Positions 22,270-31,691 of a stretch of 64,000 bases of DNA are shown one piece after another. A model generated the notes under the pieces. The model had not been told where the DNA came from. It was given only the letters and a program-made list of their open reading frames with translations, and ran no database searches. A program made the position numbers and the translations under genes. Each line of letters starts with the position of its first letter. Position 1 is the stretch's first letter. Source of the stretch: an uncultured Candidatus Binatia bacterium (GTDB lineage Bacteria > Desulfobacterota > Binatia > UBA9968 > JAJDTQ01); the NCBI GenBank assembly GCA_965213675.1, contig OZ243916.1:3907525-3971524 (forward strand), written 5' to 3'.

Positions 22270-22770
22270 ATGCGTGCCGCGCACACCCCGTCCTCGAGGA
22301 CACTGTATCTCGCGAATCCTTACGGCTTTTCCGGTCAGCAACGGCAAGGGCCGCTGGCGGCGCTGACCGCGGCGCTGGAGGGGCTCGGGGTGGAGGTGTG
22401 GGAGCCCTTCGCGCGCAACAACCAGGTGGACAGGGCTGAGGCTGGTTGGGCGTACCGCATCGGACAGGCCGACCTCCGGGACGTGCGCGAGGCGGACGGC
22501 TTGTTCGCGGTGGTCAACGGCTGTCCCCCTGACGAGGGCGTGATGGTGGAGCTGGGCATGGCCATCGCTTGGGAGAAACCGGTTTTCCTCTTTCGGGACG
22601 ACTTCAGGCGCTGTACCGACAGCGAGGCGTATCCGTTGAACCTGATGATTTTCACCGGTCTTCCGCAATCCGGCTGGGAGGCTTGGTGGTACGCGTCCGT
22701 GGAGGAGATCGCGGACCCTGACAAGGCGCTGTCGCGGTGGGTGAAGGAAGGACTCCGGAACAGTTCTTGA
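22270..22770 (+). CDS. nucleoside 2-deoxyribosyltransferase family protein
   Basis: LYLANPYGFS, DVREADGLFAVVNG, DEGVMVELGMA, LNLM. Confidence 0.88.
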   Translation: MRAAHTPSSRTLYLANPYGFSGQQRQGPLAALTAALEGLGVEVWEPFARNNQVDRAEAGWAYRIGQADLRDVREADGLFAVVNGCPPDEGVMVELGMAIAWEKPVFLFRDDFRRCTDSEAYPLNLMIFTGLPQSGWEAWWYASVEEIADPDKALSRWVKEGLRNSS

Positions 22771-22796
22771 CACGATATTGTTTGATCTATTACCCT
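22767..22796 (+). promoter_or_regulatory. possible sigma70 promoter of the partner-switching operon
   Basis: TTGACA-18bp-TACCCT in an AT-rich gap. Confidence 0.4.
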
Positions 22797-22850
22797 TTCA
22801 CAGTCGCAATCAGCGAATCCTGACCGTATAGACCACGTACGACGTTCAAA

Positions 22851-23300
22851 ATGACTGTCATGGAGACAGCGATCCCACAGCTTTCCATCGACCTCGAACC
22901 CGAGCTCTCATCGGCGCTGAACGATCTGGCCGAGGCGGTGGCTCGTTTCGGCGCGGCCAACGGACTTTCCGAGCCACAGATTCACAACCTGAGCCTCGCC
23001 CTGGACGAACTGGCGACGAACACGATCTCGTACGGGTTCGTGGATACGGAGCGAAGGGAGCTCCGGGTGGAGTTGCGCATCGAGGCCGACGAGGTGGTAG
23101 CCCAACTGGACGACAGCGGCATCGCCTTCAACCCCTTCGAGGAGGTCGCCGAGCCCGATCTCCATGCCTCCATCGACGACCGTCCCATTGGCGGCCTGGG
23201 GGTCTTCCTCACCAAGACCCTTTTCCCGAATCCCGACTACCAACGCATTGACGGACTCAACCGAATCACTCTACGCGCCTCTTTGAAAGGAGACAGTTGA
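22851..23300 (+). CDS. RsbW-like anti-sigma factor/Ser kinase
   Basis: LALDELATNTISYG, DDSGIAFNP, RPIGGLGVFL. Confidence 0.9.
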   Translation: MTVMETAIPQLSIDLEPELSSALNDLAEAVARFGAANGLSEPQIHNLSLALDELATNTISYGFVDTERRELRVELRIEADEVVAQLDDSGIAFNPFEEVAEPDLHASIDDRPIGGLGVFLTKTLFPNPDYQRIDGLNRITLRASLKGDS

Positions 23301-23650
23301 TGGCAACCGGAAGCGTTTTGGACCTGACCACGGAGACCGAGGGCGATATCACTGTGATCATTCCCTCGGGCCGCATCGATGGCAGCACGGCCAGCCCTTT
23401 CCAGGAGTCCATGCTGCAGCTCATCGAAGAAGGCAAGGGATCGCTCGTGGTGGACTTCGAGAATATTGAATACATCAGCAGCGCCGGGCTCCGGGTGCTT
23501 CTCCTGGCAGCGAAGCAGTTACAGGCGGGTGGTCGCAAGATCTTTCTTTGCACCATGCGGGCCCACATTGCGGAGGTCTTCAAGATCAGCGGTTTCAGCG
23601 AGATCCTCGCCATACACCCCACGCGACAGGACGCAATCAATGCCGGATAA
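23300..23650 (+). CDS. STAS-domain anti-sigma antagonist (RsbV-like)
   Basis: GRID, VDFENIEYISSAGLRVLL, EVFKISGF. Confidence 0.92.
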   Translation: MATGSVLDLTTETEGDITVIIPSGRIDGSTASPFQESMLQLIEEGKGSLVVDFENIEYISSAGLRVLLLAAKQLQAGGRKIFLCTMRAHIAEVFKISGFSEILAIHPTRQDAINAG

Positions 23651-24848
23651 CCTCGACGACGCGGTCTCCCAAGCCTTGTCCGAAGGCTCGGAAGGACCCG
23701 TCAAGATCCTCGTCGTGGATGACGAAGTGGATCTCGAGACCTTGATGTTGCAGAAGTTTCGCCGGCGCATCCGTCGGAACGAGTTGGCGTTCGAGTTTGC
23801 GCACAACGGCAAGGAAGCCATCGAAAGGCTCGACGCCGACGAAGAGATCTCGATGGTCATCTCGGACATCAACATGCCGGTCATGGACGGACTCGCGCTT
23901 CTCAAGCAACTCAACGAGACCAAGCCCAATGTTCGCTCCGTGATCGTGTCGGCCTACGGCGACATGAACAACATCCGTACCGCCATGAACCGCGGGGCCT
24001 TCGACTTCGTTACCAAGCCCATCGACTTCAACGATCTCGAGATCACCATCGACAAGACCCTCAAGCACCTGGCGCTGCTGCGCGAGGCCTTGAACAACCG
24101 GGACCAGTTGGTGGCCCTGAGCAAGGAACTCGACGTCGCCCGGGACATGCAGGCGTCGGTGTTACCGCGCAGCTTTCCTTCCACCGACCGCTACGAAACG
24201 CACGGACTCATGGTTCCCGCCAAGGAAGTCGGGGGCGACTTCTATGACTTCGTTCCCCTGGGCGACAACAGGATCGGCGTCGCCATCGGGGATGTGTCGG
24301 GCAAGGGCGTTCCCGCCGCGCTGTTCATGATGGCCTGTCGCACGCTGCTCCGAAGCCACGCGCTGGAGGGCGGACAACCGGACGAGTGCCTGACCCACGT
24401 CAACAATCTGCTGGCCGAGGACAACAAGAGCTGCACGTTCGTCACCCTTTTCTACGGCGTCTTCGATTCCGGGAGCGGCGTCTTCAAATACTGCAACGGC
24501 GGCCACAATCCGCCGCGCCTCGTGCACAAGGGCGGGGAGGTGGTCGCGCTGCCCACTACAAGGGACCTGGCGCTGGGTGTGCTTGGCGGCCATGCGTTCA
24601 ATCATGAAACGCTTCAGCTTGAGGCCGGCGACATGCTGTTCTTCTATACGGACGGCGTCACTGAAGCCGAGGGGCCCGGGTTCGAGGAGCTCGGCGAGAA
24701 ACGGCTCGACTCGTTGCTGGCCACGCTTGATGCCGCCGCGTGCGACGATGTGACATCCCGGGTGCTCGACACGGTGCGCGAGTTCGCCGCCGGGAACCCG
24801 CAATCGGACGATATCACCTGTGTGGCGTTGCGCTATCTTCAGGGTTAG
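23640..24848 (+). CDS. REC-PP2C (SpoIIE/RsbU-like) phosphatase
   Basis: KILVVDDE, SDINMPVMDG, KP; EVGGDFYD, GDVSGKG, YTDGVTE, SDDIT. Confidence 0.92.
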   Translation: MPDNLDDAVSQALSEGSEGPVKILVVDDEVDLETLMLQKFRRRIRRNELAFEFAHNGKEAIERLDADEEISMVISDINMPVMDGLALLKQLNETKPNVRSVIVSAYGDMNNIRTAMNRGAFDFVTKPIDFNDLEITIDKTLKHLALLREALNNRDQLVALSKELDVARDMQASVLPRSFPSTDRYETHGLMVPAKEVGGDFYDFVPLGDNRIGVAIGDVSGKGVPAALFMMACRTLLRSHALEGGQPDECLTHVNNLLAEDNKSCTFVTLFYGVFDSGSGVFKYCNGGHNPPRLVHKGGEVVALPTTRDLALGVLGGHAFNHETLQLEAGDMLFFYTDGVTEAEGPGFEELGEKRLDSLLATLDAAACDDVTSRVLDTVREFAAGNPQSDDITCVALRYLQG

Positions 24849-24853
24849 GCCGC

Positions 24854-24885
24854 GTTCTTCGACTTCGCTTCGCTACGCTCAGGAC
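24854..24885. repeat. REP-like palindrome
   Basis: gttcttcgacttcgcttcgctacgctcaggac; the minus strand contains GCGAAGC. Confidence 0.55.
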
Positions 24886-24911
24886 GCCGTATTCCTGCGG
24901 CGCAAATTCCC

Positions 24912-25074
24912 AGGAGCCTGTCGGGTTTATCAAGAATCTACTGCGAGGCAGCGAAATGGGTCCATTTCCGGTTGGATTTTCGTCCAATATTACCAATATT
25001 CTCCTCAAATCCGCCCGAAACTGGCCTCCATTTCTCTGCCTCTCGCTACGATTCGATAATCCCGACAGGCTCCT
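24912..25074. mobile_element. 163-bp MITE family C (IS5-like ends)
   Basis: 20-bp TIRs aggagcctgtcgggtttatc / gataatcccgacaggctcct (1 mismatch), long internal symmetry; related single end at 37506. Confidence 0.75.
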
Positions 25075-25114
25075 CGGGAGCCCGTCTCCTGGTTGACCGG
25101 ACGGGACACAGGTC

Positions 25115-26311
25115 ATGGTTGTGGATTCTACAGGGTGGGCGCGATTCCTGGGGGCCTTGCTGCTGGCGGCCGTGGCCGGCGTGGCGCTCATGTCCACGGC
25201 GGCGCGCGCGGCCAGCACGGGCGTCTCCGCGGATGAGGTGGTGTTCGGGCAATCGTGCGCCCTGAGTGGTTCCGCCAAGGCCTTGGGAGAAGGGATGCGC
25301 CTGGGCATTACGGCCGCCTTCGAGGAGGCCAATCGCGCCGGCGGCATCCACGGACGGAAACTGCGTCTTGTAACCCTGGATGATCGCTACGAGCCCGAGG
25401 CGGCCATCGGCAATACGTTTGCGCTCATCGACGAGGAGCAGGTCTTCGCGTTGATCGGCGCAGTGGGCACTCCGACGTCGAAGGCCGCGGAACCCATCGC
25501 CACCGAGGCCGGCATTCCCTACATTGGCGCCTTTACGGGCGCGGAATTCCTGCGCGACGCGCGCCAGCGTCCCACGGTGGTCAACGTACGCGCTTCCTAT
25601 TATCAGGAGACGGAAGAGATGGTCGAGCGCCTCACCCGCGACCTGGGGGTGAAGCGCATCGGCATCTTGTACCAGGACGATTCCTACGGGCGCGCCGGGC
25701 TCTCGGGTACGCTTCAGGCACTCCGGCGGCGCGGCATGCGACTGGTATCCGAAGCCACCTACCCGCGCAACACGCGGGCGGTCAAGACCGCCGTGCTGGA
25801 CCTGCGCGCGGACCGGCCCGAGGCCGTCATCATCGTGGGCGCCTACGAGCCTGTGGCGGAGTTCATCAAGTGGGCGCGCCACCTGGAGTTCACTCCCCTC
25901 TTCGTGAACATTTCCTTCGTCGGCAGTTCGGCGCTGGCCAGTGCGCTGGGTCCCTCGGGCAAGGACGTGATCGTGACCCAGGTCGTGCCTTTCCCCCACG
26001 ACCAGGAGATTCCGGTGGTCGGACAGTATCATGAAGCGTTGCGCGCGGTGGCGGCCGAAGCAGTGCCCGGCTTCGTGTCCCTGGAGGGGTACCTGACAGG
26101 AAGGGTGACGGTGGAGGCCTTGCGCCGGGCCGGAAAGGATCTCACCCGGACGGGATTCATTGACGCCCTGCAAGGGGCCGGCTCCATCGATCTCGAGGGC
26201 TTCGCGCTGTTTTACGGTGAAGCCGACAATCAAGGGTCTGATCAGGTGTACCTGACCGTGATCGACGACGGCGCGCGCTTTCGCTCGATCCAGCGTTTGG
26301 AGCGACCGTGA
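25115..26311 (+). CDS. type I periplasmic binding protein (LivJ-like)
   Basis: Signal peptide, FGQSCALSG, GGIHGRKLRLVTLDDRYEP, VGTPTS; GTGA overlap with the kinase. Confidence 0.9.
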   Translation: MVVDSTGWARFLGALLLAAVAGVALMSTAARAASTGVSADEVVFGQSCALSGSAKALGEGMRLGITAAFEEANRAGGIHGRKLRLVTLDDRYEPEAAIGNTFALIDEEQVFALIGAVGTPTSKAAEPIATEAGIPYIGAFTGAEFLRDARQRPTVVNVRASYYQETEEMVERLTRDLGVKRIGILYQDDSYGRAGLSGTLQALRRRGMRLVSEATYPRNTRAVKTAVLDLRADRPEAVIIVGAYEPVAEFIKWARHLEFTPLFVNISFVGSSALASALGPSGKDVIVTQVVPFPHDQEIPVVGQYHEALRAVAAEAVPGFVSLEGYLTGRVTVEALRRAGKDLTRTGFIDALQGAGSIDLEGFALFYGEADNQGSDQVYLTVIDDGARFRSIQRLERP

Positions 26312-28473
26312 ACTTCGCCGGACTCGGACGATACCTTGCGGCCCGGCGCATCGGTCTCGGTGTCAAGATGTACACCGTTTTCGGCATCGGCGTATTACTG
26401 ATGCTGACGGCCAGCACCGTTGCCTTGGTGTCGTTCGGCATCGTCAGCCGGTCGCAGCGCAACATTGCCGAAAACAGCTTCCCCAGCCTGGTGGCGGCGA
26501 TGCGGGCGGCGCGGCAGAGCTCGGCGCTTGTGGACGCGGCGTCTCGCCTCGCTTCGGTGACGTCCGACGCGGAACTTCATGACGTCAAGTTGGCTATCCT
26601 CGAAGACAAGGAACAGCTTGACGACCTGATCGAAGAGTTGCGGGTGCTGGGGTCGTTTCGGAACCAGGATCGCGTGCAACAACTGCGCTCGCTTTCCGAC
26701 GCCCTGGGCAAGACGTTGGACAAGGTCGAGCAGTCGTCGTCGCAAAGGAGGCAACTTCAGGGGCGCTTGAGTGAACGCGCGGCGACGGTTCCGTCCATGG
26801 CCCGTCAGATCGATCATGTCCTGGTACCCGCCATCGACGATCAGCAGTTTTTTCTGGCCACCGGCTTGCGCGAACGCCAGGGTCAACCCGTGTCCATGGA
26901 GGAGCGCACGTCCTATGCCCAACTCGTGCGTTATCGGGACCTGTTGACGTTGCACACACAGGCCAATCTGGCCGTGAGACTGCTTGCGGAGGCCGCGGTG
27001 TTGGATGACCGGGCGTTGATACAGCCGCTTCGAGAGCGCTACACCGCCGCTCTCGGTTCCTTCGAACGCGCGTTTCGCTCCTCCGGGTCCCGCGCTTCTG
27101 CGGCGTCTTCGCTCGACACGGAGTTCGCGCGGCTCAAGTCGCTGGGGCAGGGCGCCGACGGGATATTCGGCCTCCGGGAAGCCATACTGAGACAGGGCGA
27201 GACCGAGGCCCGCTACATAGAGGATAACCGGATCACCGCGGCGAGGCTGCTGGCCACCATGGACCTGGTGGTGGCGGCCGCGGACCGACAGGCCGGCGAA
27301 GCCAGAGAGGCCTCCGCGGCGGCCGTGAACACCGGCATGACCGTGTTGGTGGTACTCAGCGTGTTGATGGTCATCGGGGCCATCATGCTCGGGTGGATGT
27401 TCGTCGGCCGCCATCTGATCCGGCGCTTGACCGGATTGGCCGCGTCCATGCGTTCCATGGCCGAGGGCAACCTCGAAGTTCCGGTCCAGATCGGGAGCAA
27501 CGATGAGGTGGCCGACATGGCGGAAGCGCTGGAGGTGTTCCGGCGGCATGCCCTGGAAGTGCAGCGGCTCAATCTCGTGGAGAGTCTCGCGGATGAGTTG
27601 AAGGGAAAGAACGTGCAGTTGGAGCAGACGCTTCAGGACTTGAAAACGGCACAGCACCAGGTGGTCATGCAGGAGAAGCTTGCCTCCCTGGGCCAGCTTA
27701 CCGCCGGCATTGCGCACGAGATCAAGAATCCGCTCAATTTCGTCAACAACTTCTCGGAAGTATCCGGCGAGCTCATCGAGGAGGTGCGGGAGGTGTTGGG
27801 CGAGATCCGTGAGCAAATGCCCGAGGAGGCGCGCGACGAGGTCGAGGGAATCCTGGACGACCTGACCACCAATCTCCAGAAGATCAATCAGCACGGCAAG
27901 CGCGCCGACGGCATCGTGCGCAGCATGCTGGACCACTCGCGCGCCCAGTCCGGCGAGCGCCGCGCGGTGGATCTCAACGCGCTGCTCAAGCAGTACGCCG
28001 ATCTCGCCTATCACGCCATGCGCGCCAAGGACCAGCGTTTCAACGTCACTTGGGAAGAGGACCTGGATACCGGGATCGGCGAGGTGGAGGTGGTGCCCCA
28101 GGATCTGAGCCGCGTCTTCCTCAACCTCGTCACCAATGCGTGTCAGGCGACTTTCGAGCGCGCCAAGATGCAAAGTCAGTACGAGCCGCACATCCGGTTG
28201 TCGAGCAAGCGCCAGGACGGCCGGGTCGAGTTTCGCATCCGCGACAACGGACCCGGCATTCCACGGGATATGATCACAAAGATCTTCGAGCCCTTCGTCA
28301 CCACCAAGCCCACGGGAGAGGGCACGGGACTGGGTCTGTCCCTGTCCCAGGACATCGTGTCCCAGCACGGCGGCAGGATGGGTGTCGAGTCGGAGCCGGG
28401 GGCCTTTACCGAGTTCTGGATCGACATTCCCTCGGCGGCCCCGGTCGCCATCGCCGGCGCGCAGTCTGGCTGA
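26308..28473 (+). CDS. membrane sensor histidine kinase, TorS-like helical periplasmic domain, HAMP
   Basis: Two TM segments, HAMP (SNDEVADMAEAL), AHEIKNPLN, NLVTNA, DNGPG, GTGLGL. Confidence 0.92.
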   Translation: MNFAGLGRYLAARRIGLGVKMYTVFGIGVLLMLTASTVALVSFGIVSRSQRNIAENSFPSLVAAMRAARQSSALVDAASRLASVTSDAELHDVKLAILEDKEQLDDLIEELRVLGSFRNQDRVQQLRSLSDALGKTLDKVEQSSSQRRQLQGRLSERAATVPSMARQIDHVLVPAIDDQQFFLATGLRERQGQPVSMEERTSYAQLVRYRDLLTLHTQANLAVRLLAEAAVLDDRALIQPLRERYTAALGSFERAFRSSGSRASAASSLDTEFARLKSLGQGADGIFGLREAILRQGETEARYIEDNRITAARLLATMDLVVAAADRQAGEAREASAAAVNTGMTVLVVLSVLMVIGAIMLGWMFVGRHLIRRLTGLAASMRSMAEGNLEVPVQIGSNDEVADMAEALEVFRRHALEVQRLNLVESLADELKGKNVQLEQTLQDLKTAQHQVVMQEKLASLGQLTAGIAHEIKNPLNFVNNFSEVSGELIEEVREVLGEIREQMPEEARDEVEGILDDLTTNLQKINQHGKRADGIVRSMLDHSRAQSGERRAVDLNALLKQYADLAYHAMRAKDQRFNVTWEEDLDTGIGEVEVVPQDLSRVFLNLVTNACQATFERAKMQSQYEPHIRLSSKRQDGRVEFRIRDNGPGIPRDMITKIFEPFVTTKPTGEGTGLGLSLSQDIVSQHGGRMGVESEPGAFTEFWIDIPSAAPVAIAGAQSG

Positions 28474-28490
28474 TCACGCGCCTTGCTTCA

Positions 28491-28529
28491 CGGGAAGGGC
28501 GCCGCCCGGCATGGGCGGCGCCCTTCCCG
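28491..28529. terminator. strong hairpin between convergent kinase and amtB
   Basis: cgggaagggcgccgccc-ggcat-gggcggcgcccttcccg. Confidence 0.65.
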
Positions 28530-28535
28530 GACCGG

Positions 28536-29951
28536 TTACCGGTTGTCGCGGAGCGCGGCCACGTCGTCCGGATCGGGCATGAGCATGAACTCCGGATACG
28601 CCTCGATGCCGAGTTCGCCCGCGTCCTGTCCCAGCTCCTCCACCGCGACCGAGACGCGCGCGCCCATGAGATGCTTCAAGGCGGTCCACAGGGCATAGGA
28701 GACCCCGAAGGCGAACACGCCCACGGCGGCCACGCCAAGAAGCTGGACGCCGAGATTGCCGCCGGCGACGATGCACGTGGCCAGCGTCCCCCAGATGCCC
28801 GCGAACAGGTGCACCGGCACCGCTCCCACCACGTCGTCCACCTTGAGCGTATCAAGGAGCTTCATGCCCGAGACGCAGATGGCACCGCCGATGGCGCCGA
28901 TGATGACGGCCCAGATGTGCGTGGCGAAGTCCGGTCCGGCGGTGATGGACACCAAGCCCGCCAAGGCGCCGTTGAGACCGGCAAGCAGGTCGATGCGGCC
29001 GAGGATGGGGCGCGCCATCACCAGGGCGATGATGAACCCCGCGGCTCCCGCCAGGTTGGTGTTGACCAGGATATGACTGATGGCGATGGCGTCGGCGGCG
29101 CCGCCCAAGGCGAGTTGCGACCCGCCGTTGAAGCCGAACCATCCGAACCAGAGGATGAAGACCCCGAGGGTGACGATGGGGATGTTGGACGGCGGCGTGT
29201 CCTTGACGCTGCCGTCGGGACGGAACTTGCCGCTCCGCGGCCCCACCACCAGCGCCCCCGCCAAGGCTGCCCAGCCGCCGGTGGAGTGGACGATGGTGGA
29301 ACCGGCGAAGTCCTTGAACTCCATGGCCCCAAGCCATCCCCCGCCCCAGGTCCATGCCCCCACGATGGGGTAGACCAGGCCGGTGAGGATCGCAATGAAC
29401 AGGAAGAAGATCCAGAGCCGCACTCGTTCCGCCAGTGTGCCGGAGACAATGGACGCCGTGGTCGCCACGAATACCATCTGGAAGAACCAGTCCGACATGG
29501 TGGAGTAGTCGTTCTTGAGCACCGTGTCGAGCGCCTCTTCCTGACCGGCCAGCAGGGCCACCTCGCTGGCCGTCGGTCCGTACAGGCCGGTAAACGTGCC
29601 GATCACGCTGCCCACGTCCACGTACATGACGTTGTAGCCGATGAAGAAGTACATCAGCCCCGCGATGGAGTAGAGGCCGATGTTCTTGAGGCAGATCATG
29701 GAGACGTTCTTGGTCCGCACCATTCCCGCTTCCAGCATGGTGAAGCCGGCGCACATCCACATCACCAAGGCGCCCCAGATCAGGAATGAGAAGGTGTTCA
29801 GGACGAACTGCACCTCCTTGTCCACGGCGGCATCCGCGGCGGTCGCAAGCCACAGAAAGCCCAAGACCGCCACCAGACCGCCTGCCGCCGCCACACGCCG
29901 CCAATTCCCACCGAACCCAGAAGCCTTGATCGGAAAACCGTGCAACGTCAT
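28536..29951 (-). CDS. amtB: ammonium transporter
   Basis: GFTMLEAG, FFQMVF, DFAGSTIVH, GWFGFNGGS, DDVVGAVPVH (twin His). Confidence 0.95.
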   Translation of the reverse strand: MTLHGFPIKASGFGGNWRRVAAAGGLVAVLGFLWLATAADAAVDKEVQFVLNTFSFLIWGALVMWMCAGFTMLEAGMVRTKNVSMICLKNIGLYSIAGLMYFFIGYNVMYVDVGSVIGTFTGLYGPTASEVALLAGQEEALDTVLKNDYSTMSDWFFQMVFVATTASIVSGTLAERVRLWIFFLFIAILTGLVYPIVGAWTWGGGWLGAMEFKDFAGSTIVHSTGGWAALAGALVVGPRSGKFRPDGSVKDTPPSNIPIVTLGVFILWFGWFGFNGGSQLALGGAADAIAISHILVNTNLAGAAGFIIALVMARPILGRIDLLAGLNGALAGLVSITAGPDFATHIWAVIIGAIGGAICVSGMKLLDTLKVDDVVGAVPVHLFAGIWGTLATCIVAGGNLGVQLLGVAAVGVFAFGVSYALWTALKHLMGARVSVAVEELGQDAGELGIEAYPEFMLMPDPDDVAALRDNR

Positions 29952-30099
29952 GTTCGCGGCACCTCCCGTTTCGTGGATTTGGACACCAGCCCTGGGAAAA
30001 CCGGCTTGGTTGCCGCCGGGCGCCGATGGCGCCCGGCGACAGGCTCGGAACAGGTCCCTTGCAGGGCTCAGGAAAGACGAATGATTCTTCGGAGTCGCG

Positions 30100-31515
30100 C
30101 TAAATGTGAAAGTAGTGGAAGAACTCCGCCGGCACCGGATGCTGGAAGACGTCCTTCGACTCCTGTTGCTTGAACGCGATGTAATGGTCGATGACGTCCT
30201 GGGTGAATACGCCGCCCTCCAGCAGGTAGTCGTGGTCCGCGCCCAAGGCGGCGACGGCCTCTTCCATGGATGTGGGCACGGAAGGGATCCGCGCCGCCGC
30301 CTCCGGCGACAGTTCGTAGATGTCCGTGTCGGTGGGCTCACCCGGGTCGATGCGGTTGCGGATGCCGTCGAGTCCGGCCATCAAGAGGGCCGAGAAGGCC
30401 AGATAAGTGTTGGCCGAGGGGTCGGGCGAGCGATACTCAATGCGCTTGCTGGCGGGCGAGGTCTCGTACGTGGGAATGCGCACCGCGGCGGAACGGTTGC
30501 GCGCCGAATACGCCAGGTAGACGGGCGCTTCGAAGCCCGGCACCAGCCGCTTGTAGGAGTTGGTCGTGGGGGCGCAGAACGCCAGCAGTGAGCGGCTGTG
30601 CCGGAGCAGGCCACCGATGTAGAAGCGCGCCACCTCGGACAACTCCGCATAGCCGCTGGCATCGTAGAAGAGCGGGGTGTCGCCGAGCCACAGCGACTGA
30701 TGCACATGCATGCCGCTGCCGTTGTCGCCGAACAAGGGCTTGGGCATGAAGGTCGCGGTCTTGCCATGGGCCCTGGCGACGTTGCGCACGATGTGTTTGT
30801 ACCACTGGGTCTCGTCGGCCTTCCGGCGCAGGGTCTGGAAGCGGGTGGCGATCTCGCCCTGGCCGCCCGTGGCGACCTCGTGGTGGTGGACTTCGAACTC
30901 CAGACCCACCTGTTCCATCTTTTCCGCCATCTTCCAGCGCAGGTCGGCGAGTTGGTCGAACGGCGGGATGGGTGAATAGCCCTGCTTGGGCGGGATCTTG
31001 TAGCCCAGGTTGTGGTCGTCCTCCTCCCGGGCGGAGTTCCAGTCGGCCTCATCGGAGTCGACGATGTGAAAGGACGAGTTGATCTTGAGGCCGAAACGCA
31101 CGTTTTCGAAAACGAAGAACTCAAGCTCCGGGCCGAAGAACGCCTTGTCGGCGATGCCCGTGGAGGCAAGGTGGGCTTCCGCCTTGGTGGCGACCCAGCG
31201 CGGATCGCGGGTGTAGCGCTCCCCGGTGACCGGGTCGACCACGTCGCAGATGAGCTTCAGCGAGGGTTCCGGCTCCACCGGATCGATCCGCGCCGAGTCC
31301 AGATCCGGAACCAGCAGCATGTCGGACTGATCGATGGACTGGAAACCCCGCAGGCTGGAACCGTCGAAACCCTGGCCGCGTTCGATCAGGCTTTCCTTCA
31401 CCTTGGAAGGGGGTATCGAGAAATGCTGCCAGCGGCCGATGAGGTCGGTGACAAGCAGGTCGACGCGCCGTACGTCGTTGTCAGCCATCAATTTCTGTAC
31501 ATCGGAAAGTGTCAT
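30100..31515 (-). CDS. glnA: glutamine synthetase type I
   Basis: FDGSS, GPELEFF, HHEVA, TFMPKP, NGSGMH, NSYKRLVPG, NRSA, RIEYR; adenylylation-site Tyr in DIYEL. Confidence 0.97.
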   Translation of the reverse strand: MTLSDVQKLMADNDVRRVDLLVTDLIGRWQHFSIPPSKVKESLIERGQGFDGSSLRGFQSIDQSDMLLVPDLDSARIDPVEPEPSLKLICDVVDPVTGERYTRDPRWVATKAEAHLASTGIADKAFFGPELEFFVFENVRFGLKINSSFHIVDSDEADWNSAREEDDHNLGYKIPPKQGYSPIPPFDQLADLRWKMAEKMEQVGLEFEVHHHEVATGGQGEIATRFQTLRRKADETQWYKHIVRNVARAHGKTATFMPKPLFGDNGSGMHVHQSLWLGDTPLFYDASGYAELSEVARFYIGGLLRHSRSLLAFCAPTTNSYKRLVPGFEAPVYLAYSARNRSAAVRIPTYETSPASKRIEYRSPDPSANTYLAFSALLMAGLDGIRNRIDPGEPTDTDIYELSPEAAARIPSVPTSMEEAVAALGADHDYLLEGGVFTQDVIDHYIAFKQQESKDVFQHPVPAEFFHYFHI

Positions 31516-31691
31516 GATCGCTCCCGTGTGCCGCTACGCCAGTGTTGTACAGCGCTGGCGTAGTGCCAGTATAAGGACCTTCCGCCGCCGCCAGCGTGTC
31601 AGATCCGACTCCCTTGTTTGACGTTCGATAGAATAAATCCCGCCTCTCAACGACAGGCATCGATCCGTGGTGCAGGCGCGGCCCCCGCCCT

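Noticed and set aside
31516-31690. Glutamine riboswitch or sigma54 promoter upstream of glnA
   Set aside because: No convincing match to either consensus by eye; only a simple hairpin.
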